Part shown: piece by piece, positions 62,700-64,000 of the stretch | Numbering within the stretch: position 1 is the first letter of the stretch | Layout: every line of letters starts with the position of its first letter | Assembly (NCBI RefSeq): GCF_001194135.2 | Contig: NC_068982.1 | Coordinates: forward strand, 66,083,213 to 66,147,212 | From: Octopus bimaculoides | Lineage: Eukaryota | Reading direction: 5' to 3' | DNA: 64,000 nt | Program-made: the position numbers and the translations under genes | The notes under the pieces: model-generated | What the model was told of the DNA's origin: nothing | The model's input: only the letters and a program-made list of their open reading frames with translations | Databases searched by the model: none

Positions 62700-63480
62700 T
62701 TATGTTTATTCTAACTTGTAAAGGTTTATATTTTTTATTAATTGACATTTTTATGTTTCAGGTTCTATATGTGACTGCTTAATCATGTCATGTACAAAAG
62801 AAACCTTGGAATTGTCTGAATTTCAAAGCGACCATATTGTGGGTCATTCTGAAGTTGGACATAGCATAAAATTGCAGTAAACCTTGGGATCTCACTTCCT
62901 ACCATTAATAGAGTAATTGTGCAATTGACCAGAAAGGGGAAGGAATCCACCTCACCTCACCCAGATCAACCAGGACCCTTCTCTTTGTTAAGAGAAGTGT
63001 GTAGGATAATCCTCGTTGCAAGGCCTCTAACATAGCAGAACAAGTTGATGTCAGTCCCAGAACAGCTGCCAGGTATCTTCACATACTATAGTAGAGTAGC
63101 AAGAAGGAAGCCACTTCTTTGACCAGCCAACATCAAGTGGAGAAAAGATTGGGCCAGTGAGATGGTGGAGAGGCCACCAGCATTTTGGGATACTGTCAGA
63201 TTCTCTGATGCATCCAGATTTGCTGTAGTTCCTGACAGTGATCGAGTGTGGGTCTGGAGACTCTATGATCAAGAATTTGATGTGAAAAGATTGTAGCCAA
63301 CAATGAAACATGGCAGCTATTCTGTGATGGTCTGGGAAGCAATTTGGAGCAATGTCATGGAGCAATTTGGTGGAGTGTGAGGGAAACATAAACCCAGATA
63401 AATATGTGTCCATATTGCAGAAAGGACTCCTTCCAATCTTCTCCAGTGATAAAATGATTAAAGAAGACTTTATTTATGGA
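62700..63480 (+). mobile_element. Tc1-like transposon remnant running into an N gap
   Basis: ELSEFQSDHIVGH N-terminus; HGSYSVMVW; LVECEGNINPDKYVSILQKGLLP. Confidence 0.75.
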
Positions 63481-63739
63481 ANNNNNNNNNNNNNNNNNNN
63501 NNNNNNNNNNNNNNNNNNNNNNNNNNNNNNNNNNNNNNNNNNNNNNNNNNNNNNNNNNNNNNNNNNNNNNNNNNNNNNNNNNNNNNNNNNNNNNNNNNNN
63601 NNNNNNNNNNNNNNNNNNNNNNNNNNNNNNNNNNNNNNNNNNNNNNNNNNNNNNNNNNNNNNNNNNNNNNNNNNNNNNNNNNNNNNNNNNNNNNNNNNNN
63701 NNNNNNGGGGGGTTATTTGATTTCTAGACTAAACAGTGT

Positions 63740-64000
63740 GGAGGTGCAATGGCCCAGTGGTTGGAGCAGCAGACTTGCGGTCATAGGATCGCGGTTTCGA
63801 TTCACAGACTGGGCGTTGTGAGTGTTTATTGAGCGAAAACACCTAAAGATCCACGAGGCTCCGGCAGGGGATGGTGGCAAATCCTGCTGTACTCTTTTAC
63901 CACAACTTTCTCTCACTCTTACTTCCTGTTTCTGTTGTGCCTGTAATTCAAAGGGTCAGCCTTGTCACACTGTGTCACGCTGAATATCCTCAAGAACTAC
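63740..64000 (+). mobile_element. tRNA-headed SINE, cut by the window edge
   Basis: gtgcaatggcccagtggttggagc...ggtttcgattc A/B-box-like head followed by a non-tRNA body. Confidence 0.7.

Noticed and set aside
63740-63815. tRNA-like sequences here and at 15188, 18923 and 38995, plus reversed at 28897 and 38672
   Set aside because: Only A/B-box-like heads that continue into repeat bodies, with no complete acceptor stem; treated as SINE heads, not tRNA genes.

Overview
This is AT-rich, microsatellite- and SINE-dense eukaryotic genomic DNA with several N gaps. The repeat families look like those of Octopus (inference from recalled sequence, no search run). The window holds one complete protein-coding gene on the + strand, carnitine O-palmitoyltransferase 1 (CPT1). 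I assembled it by hand from 21 GT-AG coding exons between 6260 and 53102: 2304 nt, 767 aa plus stop, with consistent splice phases throughout. The ORF track misses most of it. The main discovery is a second, phase-compatible copy of the exon directly after the catalytic His (14a at 32230-32295, 14b at 33459-33521), an apparent mutually exclusive pair at the position where insect CPT1 is reported to switch kinetic variants. The pair comes with two Rbfox motifs, a 316-nt AG-free zone with distal TACTAAC branch motifs, and a stop codon created if both exons are skipped. Also present are a U6 snRNA pseudogene fused to a head-less SINE, a duplicated splice acceptor after exon 16 that opens a 7-codon stop exon, several long fold-back elements, and many decayed transposons (pogo/Tigger, mariner, maT, Tc1, hAT MITE, Gypsy, RTE-type LINEs, tRNA-headed SINEs). 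Repeat boundaries are approximate unless a TSD or TIR is quoted.
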